Origin: Eledone cirrhosa
Lineage: Eukaryota
Assembly: GCA_964016885.1 (NCBI GenBank)
Contig: OZ024743.1
Span: forward strand, 54,126,001 to 54,190,000
Reading direction: 5' to 3'
Length of the DNA: 64,000 nt
Part shown: one piece after another, positions 12,504 to 27,019 of the stretch
Numbering within the stretch: position 1 is the first letter of the stretch
How the letters are laid out: each line of letters opens with the position of its first letter
Notes under the pieces: generated by a model
Seen by the model: the letters and a program-made list of their open reading frames with translations, nothing else
What the model was told of the DNA's origin: nothing
Databases searched by the model: none
Translations under genes and position numbers: made by a program

Positions 12504-14000
12504 ATGTCTTTCGCTGAAACAGTGAACAAAAAACAAGATTTTATAAATCTTGATATCGCCAGCAAGAGAATTGTAACTTTCGAAGAAAGAGGTGGGTTTA
12601 GAATTAACTCACCCCTTGAAATAAAGGAAGACACATTCCGCAGATCAGTCACTTTTAGGACTGTGTCAAATTCGACAAGAAAGCCGACATTTGTTAATCA
12701 AGCAGATATAGAAGATACTTTCAAGCAAATTCTAGCAAATGTCGATTTTCTCCAGCGAGGAAAACAGTACGGAAGTGTTTCCGTACTGTTTAAAAGCGAG
12801 GCACTCGCCCCAAAAAACTCTGTGACACCAATGGTGTCAAAAGCATACACCTTTTTCCCTACATACATGGGGGAAAAGGACACAACAAATAAAAATAAAA
12901 AACATACCTCCAAACATTAACATCTGGTGGATCTTGGCTGGCTTCGTAGAGCCAGAAACTGATATGATACTTTCAATACGAAAATCTATTCGACATAGGT
13001 GGGCGGGCACCGATTTGGAGATTCTGTTGCAAATGAAACCGGAGAGAATCTCCAAAATACCCGAAAGAGTCGTTATTGATAATAACAACAAAATAACATT
13101 TCGGTAGAAGGACGAAAATTTCATTGCTTTCGCTGTGGTAGCACAGCTCACCTAAAAGCCTCTTGTCCACAAACACACAACAACATCATAAAAAAAACGC
13201 TATTACCAACACCAAAACAACCACCACCACCACAAGTACAACGACAGACGAAACGAGCAGCCACACCAAAACAAACAGACACTCAACCAACAACAACAGA
13301 AAAAACAGAGACAACACCCCTGAAGAACACATCCCCACTCCATCCCACTCTATCAAACACTACCACAAACACACATACCGAAATACCACCACCACACAAC
13401 ATACCCTTACCCCACACACCTGACGATGATTATTCATCGACGGATGAAACTGCTTCTCCTTCTTTAAGTGAAGAAGAGGGAGAACCGCGGAAATCTAAAA
13501 AACAAAAAAAGAGACACCACAAAACCCTCAAAACTCAATCACCAACACCAACACACAACCACAGACACAAACAACAACACAAACAACACCACAGTCAAAC
13601 ATCCCCCTATCAGCAAAACCAGCACCAACACCACCCCAAACACAAGCACCCACCATAAAAAGAAAACTCCCGGACGAACAACAAACTAAAACAACACAAC
13701 AAAAACACAAACAACAATACGCAAACATCAACACAAACAACAAGAGTTTGATGGAGGTCATCTCCCAAAACCCCAAGGTGGAGACGGAGGGCAAAATTTT
13801 CGTCAAGGCAGAATCGTCTCCACACCTTAAACTTATAAGGGTTTCTATGGAAACCTATAAAGACCTAAAAAATAAATTTTCACAGGACGTGGGCAACGCC
13901 TGCCACAAACCCATCAACCGCGTCCTGTTAAAATGTTTCCCCACCCCACCCAACACCCCCTCCAGCACCCAGATGGAGATTGAACAACCCGATCTCCAGG
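12504..14000 (+). pseudogene. Tx1-like ORF1 (frameshifted), with zinc knuckle CFRCGSTAHLKASC and Thr/Gln/Pro-rich region
   Basis: ORF 12504-12920 (MSFAETV...), CCHC encoded at ~13124-13167, SDDDYSS-like acidic patch. Confidence 0.75.
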
Positions 14001-14059
14001 AAACGAAAAGGCAAGTGCACCCTTTCGTCCTTTTTCGCCAACTCTTCTCCACCAACATC

Positions 14060-17000
14060 GCTAGTTTACGAGTTGGAAGCGTGAATGCGCGTGGCCTAGG
14101 GATGTCCTGGAAACAGGGCCAACTTTTGAACGACCTTAGGTCACACGGTATGGATGTGATAGCCATCACCGAGTCCAGGATCCACAACAGGCAGCAACTA
14201 ACTCCCATCTTCAATGACTTTGAGATCTACTCATCTCTCTGTCAGCCAGGAGGTGGAGTGGCTGTTATGTTTCGGAAGAACCTGGACGTCGGAGTACAGC
14301 AAGTACACTTGGACCCGGAAGGTAGACTGGTAGAGTCCTAGACGTGAACAGTATCGGAGGTGGAGCCTTCTGGCTGGTGGCCGTTTATGCCCCGACCGGG
14401 CAATCGCAATCACGGCCAGACTTCTTTAAGCGTCTAGAGTCTTTTCTGGGAACGTCTCGCTCCTTACTTTTAGTGGGGGACTGTAATGGTATCCTAGATG
14501 CACGATGAGACTATGTGGGAGCATGTCCCAGTAGAGCGGGGTGCAACAGCCTCAAAACTTTAATCGGCCAATTCCAACTGGCCGATAGGTATCGACTGGA
14601 TTTCCCTACTGCACCACAGTGGACGTGGGCAAACCGTAGTGGGACTTCTAGATCGTATTTAGATAGGTTCTTCATTAGAGAAAGGGACAAGGAGATGTTA
14701 AGCTGTCTACGAATGCACATGGTTGCCTATTCAGATCACAAGTTAGTCGTCTGCTTAGTCAACCATGATAGAATATATAGACAGGGTCCCGGATACTGGA
14801 AGCTGAACGTGTCGTTGCCGGCACGTAAAGCTTACAGTGAACGGATAAGTAGACTAGTCAAGCAATAGTTAACGGGAGCCATCGTCAACAATAGATGGTT
14901 GTACTCTCTCAAGAAAGCAATTAGAATAGAATCGATAGGGTATAGCAGAGAATTAGCCTTAGAGAAAAACAGAATAGAAAGAAAACTAGTAGCCAAGGTA
15001 GATGAGGCACTTAGAAGTGGAAACGCGGCTAGAGTGTTAGCGTCGAGAACGGCACTGGACCAGTTCTTTGATGCGAAACACGAAGGCTGCATGGTCAGAA
15101 GCAAAACACGTGCTCTAGGAAACGAAGGAGCGAAAACTGTCAGCTGGACCCGAGTGGCGGAGGCAAAAAGTGGCAACAAGTCCACGATTCGGTCTTTGAA
15201 AGACCAAAACAGAGGCGTGCTACTTGACCCCAAGCAAATGTGCGCGGCCTTTCAGCGACACTTTGCGCGACTGTTTGAGCAGAACGACGGTGAGCCGAAC
15301 GGGGCAATGGACTTTAGTTCATACCTCGACAGCCTGCTGCGTCTCTCGAACACGGACGCCGAGTTCTGCGATCACGGACACTGAGATACGGGACGCTCTG
15401 GGCCGCTGTGGGAAACGCAAGTCACCCGGTCTAGATGGTCTACCCTACGAATTTTACATAGGCATGCCGGACTTGTTCTCTGGCGTCCTCGAAGCCGTCT
15501 ACTGCAATTGGCAGTAGAACGGGAGAATTCCCAGTTCTGCAGGCAAGGGCGTAGTAACGCTGATCAGGAAAGACGAGAACAAGGGGGACGAAATTAACAA
15601 CTTCAGGCCCATAACTCTGCTCAACACAGAGTTAAAGATTTTGGCAAAGGTGCTAGCGACGAGGTTGGCGCTTGTCGTCGAGAACCTGGTAGGGAAAGCG
15701 CAAACGTGTGCAATCCCGACCAGGTCCATACACGAGAATCTCCACCTCATGCGATACATCATAGAGAGGGTGGGTAGTAAACCCGGCTTCGGTAGGGCTC
15801 TGATCAACTTGGATCAGTCTAAGGCATTCGATAGGGTCGACCATCGATACTTGGAAGCGGTTCTCAAGGCGGCTGGTTTCGGTCCCGTGTTCAGAGGATG
15901 GATCTAGGCGATGCACACCAGCATCTGCTCGAAGGTCAAGGTGAATGGCTACCTATCGGAGCCGTTCGCAATCACGCGTTCCATTCGATAGGAGTGCCCT
16001 CTCTCCTCCATTCTGTATGTATTGACTCTAGAGCCACTACTGCGGAAGTTGGAGCTGTTGCAGGGCATCCCTCTAGAACCGGGACTGCGCAAAGCGGCGT
16101 CGGCTTATGCCGACGACGTGACGGTAATGGTGTCGAGCACCTCGGAAATCGGGGTGATCGGCAACTTACTGAAAGAATACGAAACGCTGACGGGAGCAAA
16201 ACTAAACCCGGACAAGTCTGTCGGTTTGCAACTCGGTACGTGGAGAGGCAAACCGATGACGTCCGACAGCGTCGTTGGACGCTGGACCGGGGAAATTGCT
16301 CGGGGTCTGATGCGGTCCAGACCTCTAGGTGGAGAAATACTGGAACGAGGTCACGGCCAATGTGTTTGCACTCACCCAGAAGTGGGCAGAGTGAAAACTG
16401 TCCTTGAAAGGTCGAGCGGAGGTGGCGAAAACTTTCATAGCGTCCGTCATCTACTACCGCTTGACTGTCGTGCTTTGTCCCCGTGAACACCTCGCCAAGA
16501 TGGAACGCATGCTCTTCCAGTTTCTGTGGAAGAAGCAGGCTCCGCCGGTGAAGAGATCCGTCTGCTGTCAGCACCCTTCCAACGGAGGGCTGGGAATGCC
16601 GTGGCTGATGATGCGCAAACTGAGGTTGCGGCATCTCCAGGTATTCCTCACCGACCCCGAACCGGTGTGGGCACCGTTTGTGAGACAGACTTTCCCACAG
16701 CTCGTCTCGCTGATGGAGCTGCAGTCCTGGGAGAAGAAAAGACCGAAAACAATGGGAGCCTGGCACATTGAATGCGCTCAGGCGCTCACAGTCCTCTGGC
16801 AAGCGGGCGCAGCAATCAGTGGAGACTCCACTTTGACATTCTATAGAGGGATTGTACGTTACAAGGGCGACAACGTGTTCGGAGAGACTCTGGGCGTCGA
16901 AGACGATGAGCTCACCAGTCTGTTTGGTAGGACTTTCCGCCCGGGACCTATGAACAACTTCCAGAGGTCCCTGGCCTGGCAGTGCTTCCGAGGAGCTCTA

Positions 17001-17510
17001 CCGGTTCGTGACAAGATCTACATAAACGGACGCCCCGGTAGGGATCCTTCCAAGAGGACGTGTCCAAGATGCGCGCATGACTTTGAAACAGTCCTGCACG
17101 CAATTGTACACTGCCCGGGCGTAACCGACCTGTGGAACTATGCAGAACAACTGCTGTCGCGTATGGGACAAATCCAGTTGACTGCCGAGTCCATAGTAAG
17201 GATGAAACCGCCAGCCTCTTTCAAAAACGAAAGAGAGGCGGTTTTCCTCTGTACGGTGGATATAGTGAAAGAAGTTATATGGTGGACGAGGTTGAGAGGA
17301 CTGAGGACAGATGCCTTTCTCTCCGGACAACAATTGATTTCCTTCTTTAAGTATCACTTTAGAAGGAGAATCAGAGTGGAGAGAGAGACACCGCACCCCA
17401 GTAAATTTACTGAAAGGTGGGTGAATGAAGCAAAAAGGACCCCGAGTGATTGGGCCTTCTCTGTTTATAAGAGGTTGAGGAAGAGAGAAAAAGGAAGAAA
17501 GGAGCACTAG
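14060..17510 (+). pseudogene. Tx1-like ORF2: AP endonuclease + reverse transcriptase + C-terminal zinc finger (stops/frameshifts)
   Basis: VGSVNARGL, ITES, YAP, YLDRF, SDHKLV, GPGYWKLN, KSPGLDGLPYEFY, NFRPITLLN, DQSKAFDRVDH, YADD, CPRC. Confidence 0.95.
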
Positions 17511-17707
17511 CACAACACGCTCCTGGAGTTGAGGGTTGTTCTATCGGCGGGGTATTAAACAACCCATGTGTGGCGCCTCCCCCCTATTGGGGATTTCGAT
17601 TGTTGAAATTGTTTGTTTTTATATTTTTTACACGACTGTATGTAAAATCCCCGGCATGTCTTTGTATTGTCTCCTTTTCTTGTTGCGCCCTTGTGGCTAA
17701 TAAAGAA

Positions 17708-17765
<58 letters not shown>

Positions 17766-17768
17766 TTA

Positions 17769-17817
<49 letters not shown>

Positions 17818-17901
17818 GTCTGTCTATCTATAAAGAAAGATATCTATTTATCTATCTATCCAGCAATCTATCTTTCTTCCTTCCTCCCTTTCTTTCTTTT
17901 T

Positions 17902-17936
<35 letters not shown>

Positions 17937-19059
17937 ATCTATCAATTTATCTATCTGTCTGTTTGTCTGTCTGTCTGTATGTACGCATTTGTGTGTACGT
18001 ACATGCTTTTATGCCTTTATGTATGTATGTTTGCATAAATGTATGTCTGTTTGTGTGTGTGCATGCATATATGCATGCATGTGGGTGTATACAGGCAACT
18101 ATGTATATATATATGCATGTAACTGTGTATGTAGGTATGTATGTATACGACTGTCAATTTCTACTCAATATGTCTCACCATTATTGTCACGAGGTGTTCT
18201 AAAGGAATTTCTAAATTAGAACTTCAGTAGATTTGACACTAAGCAAGTCTTCTTTGTCTGACAAGCTCATCAGATAACTGTGAAATTATTCCTTAGAGAA
18301 TGGATAAAGTGACGAGAATCTTGCAATGATTCTCAATGTAAAACATGGACACTGTTTCATATTTATTCTTCCACTTTTTATTTATTTCTTCATTCAATCC
18401 TTCTTTCCCAGCTGTACATAAGCACAGAAAATGGATCTCCGTCGTCTTCGGCGATCAATGTTTCAGTTGTTCGATCAATGAAAAAGCCAGATCATAAAAT
18501 AAACATGTAAGTGACTGAGCATTACACAATCACGTGTACGCTTAAGGTAGTTCTCAGGTAGACTCAGCGTGAAAGAGTGATGTGGCAAGGCTGGGACTTT
18601 AAATTACATGTACAGTCCAGTCCAGTCCATCCGACAGGCTTCCAAACAGATTCCATCTACTCAGTTTAACTTCCAAGACATAGATAGATCCCAGGCTCTG
18701 ATAAATTGCCGAATATCTTTCTTAACGCACTAAATGTCTGCGCCTCTATAACGCCAGATTTATAAATTCAGATGTCCCCTATATGTTAACAAATATTAGT
18801 ATAACTATGGGATTGTTATGAAAACCACCACATTTGATTATTACAGCTAAGACAGTGAATTGGCTGTCATCAGGCTGTGTTTTGAATTCAAATCAAAGTC
18901 AGTCTTTTACCTGCTGAGACACTTAGCTATACAAAATTTAAGGCCCTTCTCTAAAAGAAAAAAAAATTATTTTTTATATTAATGTTAAAGATAAAGAATA
19001 AATAATATGTATGATTTTTGATGATTTAGTGTTTAAAGAAAAAAAAACTAGTGATAAAA

Positions 19060-19412
19060 TAAAAATATACTTATAAATATGAGGCCCCTGTGCTACACGA
19101 AAATGCTGAGGATGGTTCTGAACACTAATCAGTATACACTGAGGATGAAAATCTCAGGGCTGTACGGGAGACTCCCAAAAGTCAGCTCGAAAGTAACACA
19201 CATCAGACTGAGGTTAGCTGGACATGTTCACTGACATTCAGAGTTGACACTGCACTCAGTTCTCCGTGGGAGCCCCTACACGAACACACTAGAGGAGGGA
19301 GACCGAGGTTGACATATACTGATGCCCTAAGGACAGACACTGGTCTCTGGGAGTCGCAGGACATGGCGTCGATGATGAAAGTCAGAGAATATTCGAGGTA
19401 TCTCGTCCATGG
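19060..19412 (+). mobile_element. RTE-clade LINE 3' fragment (family of 44279-44830)
   Basis: GRPRLTYTDALRTDTGL; nucleotide similarity to the 44 kb copy. Confidence 0.8.
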
Positions 19413-19612
19413 ACACATACAACTCAAAACATACACATCCACAATTACAATAACATTCTTACCTGCACACACATGCATGCAGACATGCATACATATCTAC
19501 CTGGTTGATGTTGTGTAAATCCCAATGAGAGAGTCTTGTATCTATGTTAGAAACCGACTCTCTGTTTTGGCAAAAATTTGTGAAATTATAAAACCAGAAA
19601 AATAAACATATA
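19413..19612 (+). mobile_element. 3' UTR fragment of the R4/Dong-like family at 50-51 kb
   Basis: Reverse complement of 50055-50190 and 50875-51050. Confidence 0.7.
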
Positions 19613-19656
19613 TATTAGAATTGGTGCTCTGAAATAGCAATATATATATGAATGTA

Positions 19657-19922
19657 TATATAGTGTATTTTGCAATACACTGTATGCTTAATTAAAAGCA
19701 TTTCGAAGACCTTATGCTATTGTTTTAGAGTAGTGACAGACGAGGGGGAGTAGTTGGCTTTGATAAGCATCAATCAATGCAGAAACAAGGCCTTGTCAGC
19801 TTTATCTCCCCCTGTTTGCTGAAATTAAAGTAAGTGAGCCTGTCACTACTCTAAAACAATAGCATAAGGTCTTCGAAATGCTTTTAATTAAGCATACAGT
19901 GTATTGCAAAATACACTATATA
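19657..19922. repeat. Fold-back cassette carrying the 3' half of an HHR
   Basis: 19657-19739 is inverted at 19840-19922. Contains GAAA UGCUU UUAAUU AAGCA UA-CAGUG (stem III + cleavage triplet) with no 5' core. Confidence 0.75.
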
Positions 19923-19931
19923 TACAAACAC

Positions 19932-19998
<67 letters not shown>

Positions 19999-20039
19999 TG
20001 TGTGTTAGTTTCCATTTTCCTGTATTGCACTTTACAAGT

Positions 20040-20148
20040 TTTCTTCTTCTTCTTCTTCTTCTTCTTCTTCTTCTTCTTCTTCTTCTTCTTCTTCTTCTTC
20101 TTCTTCTTCTTCTTCTTCTTCTTCTTCTTCTTCTTCTTCTTCTTCTTC
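20040..20148. repeat. (TTC)n microsatellite
   Basis: Direct inspection. Confidence 0.97.
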
Positions 20149-20559
20149 GAAAGCGAGAGAGAAGGATAATCGACATCAGGAGTTTACTGGTCATATATTT
20201 ATCGACCCAGAAATAGTGAAATACAAATGTGGTCCCAGCGGGATTTGAACTCAGAACATAGAGAGCCAGAACGAATGCTTCAAAGTATTCTAGCTGACGC
20301 CCTAAGTATTACCTTAGTTTCTAGAGAACACAAGAGGCGCTAGCATTTACTGTAGTAGGGTGTTCATTGTGTGACTGGTGTTGTTGATAACGAGTAAACT
20401 AATGACCGTTGGCTTTCATGTAATTGGAATCCCCTTTATTAATGTTTCTACATTATATATTGGACAGCATTCCCCACTCTCCTTCTCTAACTCTCTTCTC
20501 CCTTACAGAAGCATTTCTCTATCATTCCTCACACGATATCTTTGCACTATCTTCCCCGC

Positions 20560-21090
20560 TATCTTTCCCCTTAAAACAGCTTTACTCTTGCTCTCCCTCC
20601 CTCACTCCCTCACAAAACTATTACTCTTTCTCTCCCTCCCTCGCAACAGCTTTACTCTTTCTCTCCCCCCACCCCTCCTTCAACACTATTGCTCTTTCTC
20701 TCCCTCCCTCGCAACAGCTTAACACTTTCTCTCCATTGCTCGCCCCCCCTCTCTTTCGCAATAGTATTGCACTTTCTCCATCTCCTTTGCAACAACATTG
20801 AACTTTTTCACTCCCTTCCTCGCAACAGAATTGAAGTTTCTCTCCCTCACTCACAATAGCTTAGGTTTTTCTATCCCTCCTCGCAACATTATTGCTCTTT
20901 TACCTTAAAAGAGCATTGAATTCTCTCTCTCTCTTATACCAGTATGGCTCTATCTTTCAGTCATTCTTCCCATCACGACAACATTGCTCTGCGTCTCACT
21001 GACAACGTCTTTGTTCTATCTTCCCCCCCAGAACAACATTGCTCTTTATTTCTCTCCTCCGAACAGTTACTTCCCCTTGAATCTCCCTCT
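20560..21090. repeat. Degenerate ~33-bp minisatellite (CCTCGCAACAGCATTGCTCTTTCTCTCCCT-like)
   Basis: Recurring gcaaca..ttgctctttctc units. Confidence 0.65.
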
Positions 21091-22439
21091 AGCATTCTAC
21101 CGATTCTCTTACTGATTAATATAGGTTTCGCCTTTAGGGACACAATGTGTGACACGCATGCACGCATACACATACATACAAACATACATTCATACATCCA
21201 TACATATACACATACATACATACATACATACATACATACATACATACATACATACAAACATACATTCATACATCCATACATATACAATACATACATACAT
21301 ACATACAAACAAACATACATACATACATACACACATATTCACATACATACATACATACATACATACATACATACATACAAACATACATACATACATACAT
21401 ACATATACACATACATACATATGTACATGTAAGCGTTTCCACACGAGGCAGACTAACTGTCTACAATAGTTCACATATCGTTCTCCCATCTCTCTTTCTC
21501 ACTCTTGCTAGATGACTTTTTGCAGACAATATCGCTATTTTAACTTCACAATGCTTTCATCATTTCGAGGTACCTTTGCACCACGACCACTATCGTTACT
21601 ATCATACTATCATCACCACTACCATTACAATTACTATCGACAGTAACACCATCTCCCCCGCCATTATCACCACCAATATCACCACCACCAAAACATTACC
21701 AGCATCATCAATACTATTATACTTATCATGATATCACCATCGTTGAAAATTTATCATTATAATCATCACTTCAACACCATCAGAGCCCCTACAACCATCA
21801 CACCACAAACCCTCGTCATCACCTCCATCATTATTAACAATACTATCAGCTTTACCATCGTCATCACCATCATTACGATTGACAACAGTAGCCCACTACA
21901 ACCACCACCGCCACCACCACCACTATCATTATCAGCAGCAGCAGCAGTAATTTCCCCAGCTTCACCACTACCACCAATACCGCCATGAACATCATCATCA
22001 CGAACAACGACATTATCATCATTTCCATCATCACCAACAATGGCATTGTCATGCTTATCATCATCACCATCTGCAACAGTAGTACCATTAGCACCATCAT
22101 CTTCATTATCAGCAGCAGCAGCAACCTCACCACCAACACCAGCATCAGCAACATCATCACTATCATTATCATCAACAACATCGTTTGTTGCTAGTGCTTC
22201 ATACTTTGATCTTGCAATTTTTCTGAGGCACAACTTAAATGAAATTAGTTCAATAATAAATGGTTAGGATTATTTTGGGAAAATCAGTATAATGTAAGTT
22301 AGAAATGGATGAGTAAAAACTAGAGTAACGTAAGGCAAAAAGAACTAAACAACAGTTTACAATTTCATGCAGAAAATGTTCAACATTTCCATTCCACTCC
22401 ATTTCCTTTCTTTTAAAAAAGGTTCCTAACCACGAAATA

Positions 22440-23935
22440 TTAAGAAATATACAGTGGGACGTGACAAACACAACAATAACAATGAAACATTTTGATCTTC
22501 AGCCAACTCCTCTTAAACGCACGGTTTATCGATAGGTAAACAGTGGAGAAATAATACCAAAGAGTCCTAGAACTACGATACTTCCAAATTATGAAAGCAT
22601 CGTTCGAAAAAAAAACGATTAACAGCAGGAAGGGCTGATAACTATGTGCGGACGATGCAGAGACAGTCAAACAAAAAAGAACGGTGATACTAAGATAAAA
22701 CAACGGGTCGCTAAACATAGCAAACAAATACAGAAAAAATCTCCAGATCAGACCCATTGTTTCTAGCATAGGACATCTCCATAAAATCTCCAGGGTCCTC
22801 TCTTTGATCTTGAAGCCTATACTCTCTTCTTTTCCCGGACATATCAGTAACTCTGATGAGATCATCCAAAGATTCAATCAGCTTCAACCAGACTAACTTA
22901 AACATAACAGATATACTTTTAGCCCCGATGTAGTTTCTTTCTACAAACCAGTATCTACTCACCAGCAGTCAACCAGCATCATAACTTCCAACTTCACCAC
23001 TCCTTACATCCATCAACTCCTATCCATCATCATCGAAAATACCTACTTTACTTTCCACAACCACACCTATAAACAAACATCAGTCTGTGATCCGATCTCT
23101 CAAGGCCTGCTGGCCATTATTATATTGATCAGCTGGAATATCGAGCTCACAACACCTGCCACTCCTCTACCTTCTTTACCAGATATGTAGATGACAAACT
23201 CATCCTCACATCTTCTAGTAAAGACACCAACATAATATTCAGAACGTTCTCGAACATAAATGAAAACATACTGTTCAATAGAGAACACCTGATAACACAG
23301 GATCCCTGCCCCTGGTTGACTTCCTAATAAGAATATCCCACGGAGATGACATGCACACCAAGCTCTACAGAAAAACTGCCCGCAGTGACCTGTTCGTAAA
23401 CTACAATTCAGTCCTTCCCTCAGTGGTAAAACCACATACGTACGGAATGAATTCACAAACATCTGCAATGAATTCGCAAGCATCCGGAATAAATGTAAAA
23501 AGGCGGAGAACCGGGCCCATACTACACATTTCTTAAATGTGCTAAAAGCCAACGGATATCCACCATCCGCCATTCATCTTCAAAGCCCTAATCCTAGGAA
23601 ACATAAAACGTCTTCCAACTTCTATTTCTTGAAGTTTCCATACTTCAACGACAGGACAACCACAGTTATCCGCAATACTAGCCGCAGAGCCATACGCAGG
23701 AAGGGATTAGATATACAGTTAGCCCACAGCGGGCCTTCTTTGCAGAAATGCTTATGAAAAAAGCGTCGTGAAGACGAATAAAATCAACTCATGCTAACGA
23801 ACGGCTCCATCCGTAACACGTCCCTCGGTATACCGTATACCATATCCAAATGCCACTAAATTTACATCGGCAGCACGATCACTCCGCATTCATGTTAAAA
23901 AACACCTCAACACATACGCCTCCTCCTTCGTGAAT
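22440..23935 (+). mobile_element. Decayed Penelope-like element (RT + GIY-YIG)
   Basis: Frameshifted remnants in correct order: RPIVSSIG, HISNSDEI, DVVSFY, ENTYFTFHNHTYKQ, RYVDD, TKLYRK, LKANGYP, FPYF, FYIGST. Confidence 0.85.
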
Positions 23936-24762
23936 CATTGTCTTTGTTCTGGGTGCTCCGTTTTTTAATACATATGTTTGTGTGTACACATACTAGCGTA
24001 ATATCCGTCAAGATTGACAGAATTTATTGCGAAATGTAGTTAATTTAGTCATTCCTTGATTACAAAATTCTAAGTAAAGATGCTTGAATCCTCGATACTT
24101 CTTGACCTTCTCCATATTGTTACTCCAGTCAACGGCGTATTTCATTTCATATCCATTAAATCAATTAAAATAATTTTCCTCAATATCAAAAAAATCATTA
24201 AAAAAAATATATTCACTAAATTACGATGATATATTCTTTCTTTGTATCTATATCATACATCTGTCTGTCTATCTATCTATCTATCGAGGATGAATAAACC
24301 TACGAGGTTGATCCCATAGATGGATCCCAAAGATACGTTAAACAATAGATCCGCTTCCTATTTTACTCATTGTGAGTTGTTTAACAGTAGTGACTTCCTG
24401 CCATTCAGAATTATTCTGATATCGATACGGAAAGATAAAAGTCCATGATGTCGAACTCAGTGAATCTGCAGGCTGATTTTTTTTTCTTTTTTTCTTTTTT
24501 TCTTTTTTTCTTTTTTTGTCGATGCTACAAGAGCAACTGGACTAGTCTAATGGGACGCCAGCAGCCATGTTCTCAGCTGGTTTCTAACAAGTGACACACA
24601 CACATACAATTATACATATAGAAGTGTTTATACTCACATACATAATTTCAAACACAATCTTTCATTCTCTCTCTCACTCTCACTCTCTCTCTTTCTCTCT
24701 CACACACACTCACAGACACACGTAGGCATGATTACACATAGAAACGGTAATTCAAACACAAT

Positions 24763-24847
<85 letters not shown>

Positions 24848-25068
24848 AGTTATTCCGACGCAGAAAAATGCTCTTTCACACGCAAACATATTCAGGGACG
24901 CAGTTATTAATAGAGGCACAAACACTCACCCCACAACATACACATACACGCGCATACATATCCATATATTTAGAGATGTTTGTATTTACATACACATGCG
25001 CAAATTCACACACACACTGAATTATTCACACACACAGGCACATACACATTCTTATATTTAGAGATGCT

Positions 25069-25107
<39 letters not shown>

Positions 25108-25237
25108 GCACACACGCATATAGTCATACATTTAGAATGCTTCTGTATGTATATACACATATATGCACACACGCACATATTCATACATTTAGAGATGCTT
25201 GTATAGATATACGTACACAAATTCACACACACACACG

Positions 25238-25318
<81 letters not shown>

Positions 25319-25369
25319 ATAATTATTCATACAGACAGAAACACACATCTATACACAATGCTGCACAGA

Positions 25370-25680
25370 GCGACAGGGAGAAATAGATGGCGTGCTGATG
25401 TGTCGCAAAAACGCGTTAACCCAACATGGCCGACGCTGGTTTTGAATTGATCGCCGGTCAGCAAAATGGCTGCAATTCTCTGCGTTTCGTCTCCCCGAGC
25501 GAGCAGCGTTTTCAATTTATCTATGTGTCAGTATGACTGCAGGTCACTAGGGGGCACTCCCGTCTTATCTCAGTCATCCAATAAATCAGTAACTAGGTGA
25601 AATTAACCACGCCGTCATAGCCAATGCATGACAGGTGCTGCCATTTATATGGCAGGGGTCAGGATAGTGGTGTGATAGAC
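25370..25680. promoter_or_regulatory. CpG-containing unique island with CTCF, YY1-like and CCAAT motifs
   Basis: TCACTAGGGGGCAC (25544-25557); AGATGGCG, AACATGGCCG, AAAATGGCTG; two CCAAT. Confidence 0.55.
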
Positions 25681-26015
25681 TAACGTGAAGCGGTTGGAAG
25701 TGGCGAAAATGAAAGTAAAAGAGGAGAGAGGGAGAGGGAAAGATGGATAGCTGAACAGATAGATCGTGCGTGTATGTGTGAAAGGGAGAGAGGACTAATG
25801 TGAAACCGTTGAAAGTGGCAAAAAAAAAAGAGAAACAGATAGATCACTATCTCTCTCTTTCTCTTTCTCCTCTTCCTCCTCTTTCTCCCTCCCTCCCTCT
25901 CTCTTTCCATCCACCTCTCTCTCCCTTCCTTCCTACTCGCTCTCCTTCCTCTCTCTACCCCCCGTCTCTCTCTCTCTCTATATATATATATATAGAGAGA
26001 GAGAGAGGATGGAAG

Positions 26016-26217
<202 letters not shown>

Positions 26218-26732
26218 GGGGGGGGGGTGTACGAGTGACGGACGTGAAGTGGTTGGAAAAAGCGAAAAAGAGAGAAAACTATGGATGGATTGATAGACAA
26301 ATAGATAGATAGATAGATAGATAGAGTCTGTGTGTAGGTGTGTGAGAGAGAGAAAGAGAGGTGTGTCAATGAGATGACAAAAAGTGAAAAGTAATGGGAA
26401 AAAATAATAAAGAGTTGAGCATGCAAAAGATAATATGAGTAGAATGAGGTTGGTATTAGATCGAAATAGATGTACACAACGGTGTTCCCTGGTCCGTCAT
26501 TTATTAATAGCGATAAGGATCTTGAAGTGGCGTAGTTTTCCGGAAAATAGACGGACTAGTCGGAAATTTAATGGATGCAGATAGATGCATCTATCTAAAC
26601 AGGCGAAAACTGTTACAAACATATCTGTATATACATACATATACACGTACATATATATATATATATACACTCACACACACGTGTGTGTGTGTGTGTACAT
26701 ATATGTGTGAGAATATATATAAACATACATAC

Positions 26733-26840
26733 ATATATAAGAAAGTAAGTCCATAGAATCATTTGATAAAATATATACAGTATTTCTTCTCCCAAATATT
26801 CTTCTTATCAAATGATTCTATGGACTTACTTTCTTATATA
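26733..26840. repeat. Short fold-back next to TA tract
   Basis: atataagaaagtaagtccatagaatcatttgataa / ttatcaaatgattctatggacttactttcttatat. Related to ~37955-38000. Confidence 0.8.
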
Positions 26841-27019
26841 TTGCTCTGATTGTTGATTATTTAATTAATTAATTTGTCATTGAGCCACACGATGAATGGT
26901 TGCCAAAAACATATATATATCTATGGCTCTGTCTAGTTTATGTATATGTAAACCTCTATATTTTATACATACACACACATATATATATATATATATACAC
27001 CAATATATATATATATATA

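Larger units (their letters stand above)
11980..17707 (+). mobile_element. Near full-length, decayed L1/Tx1-clade non-LTR retrotransposon
   Basis: 5' UTR, ORF1 with CCHC knuckle, ORF2 APE-RT-zinc finger, AATAAA, then (TATC)n. Preceded by (TATC)n. Confidence 0.95.

Noticed and set aside
22853-22875. CTGATGAG as an HHR core
   Set aside because: It lies in Penelope RT coding remnant (NSDEI) with no stem II or GAAA.
25641-25652. CArG box
   Set aside because: CC-W8-GG spacing, not the canonical CC-W6-GG.
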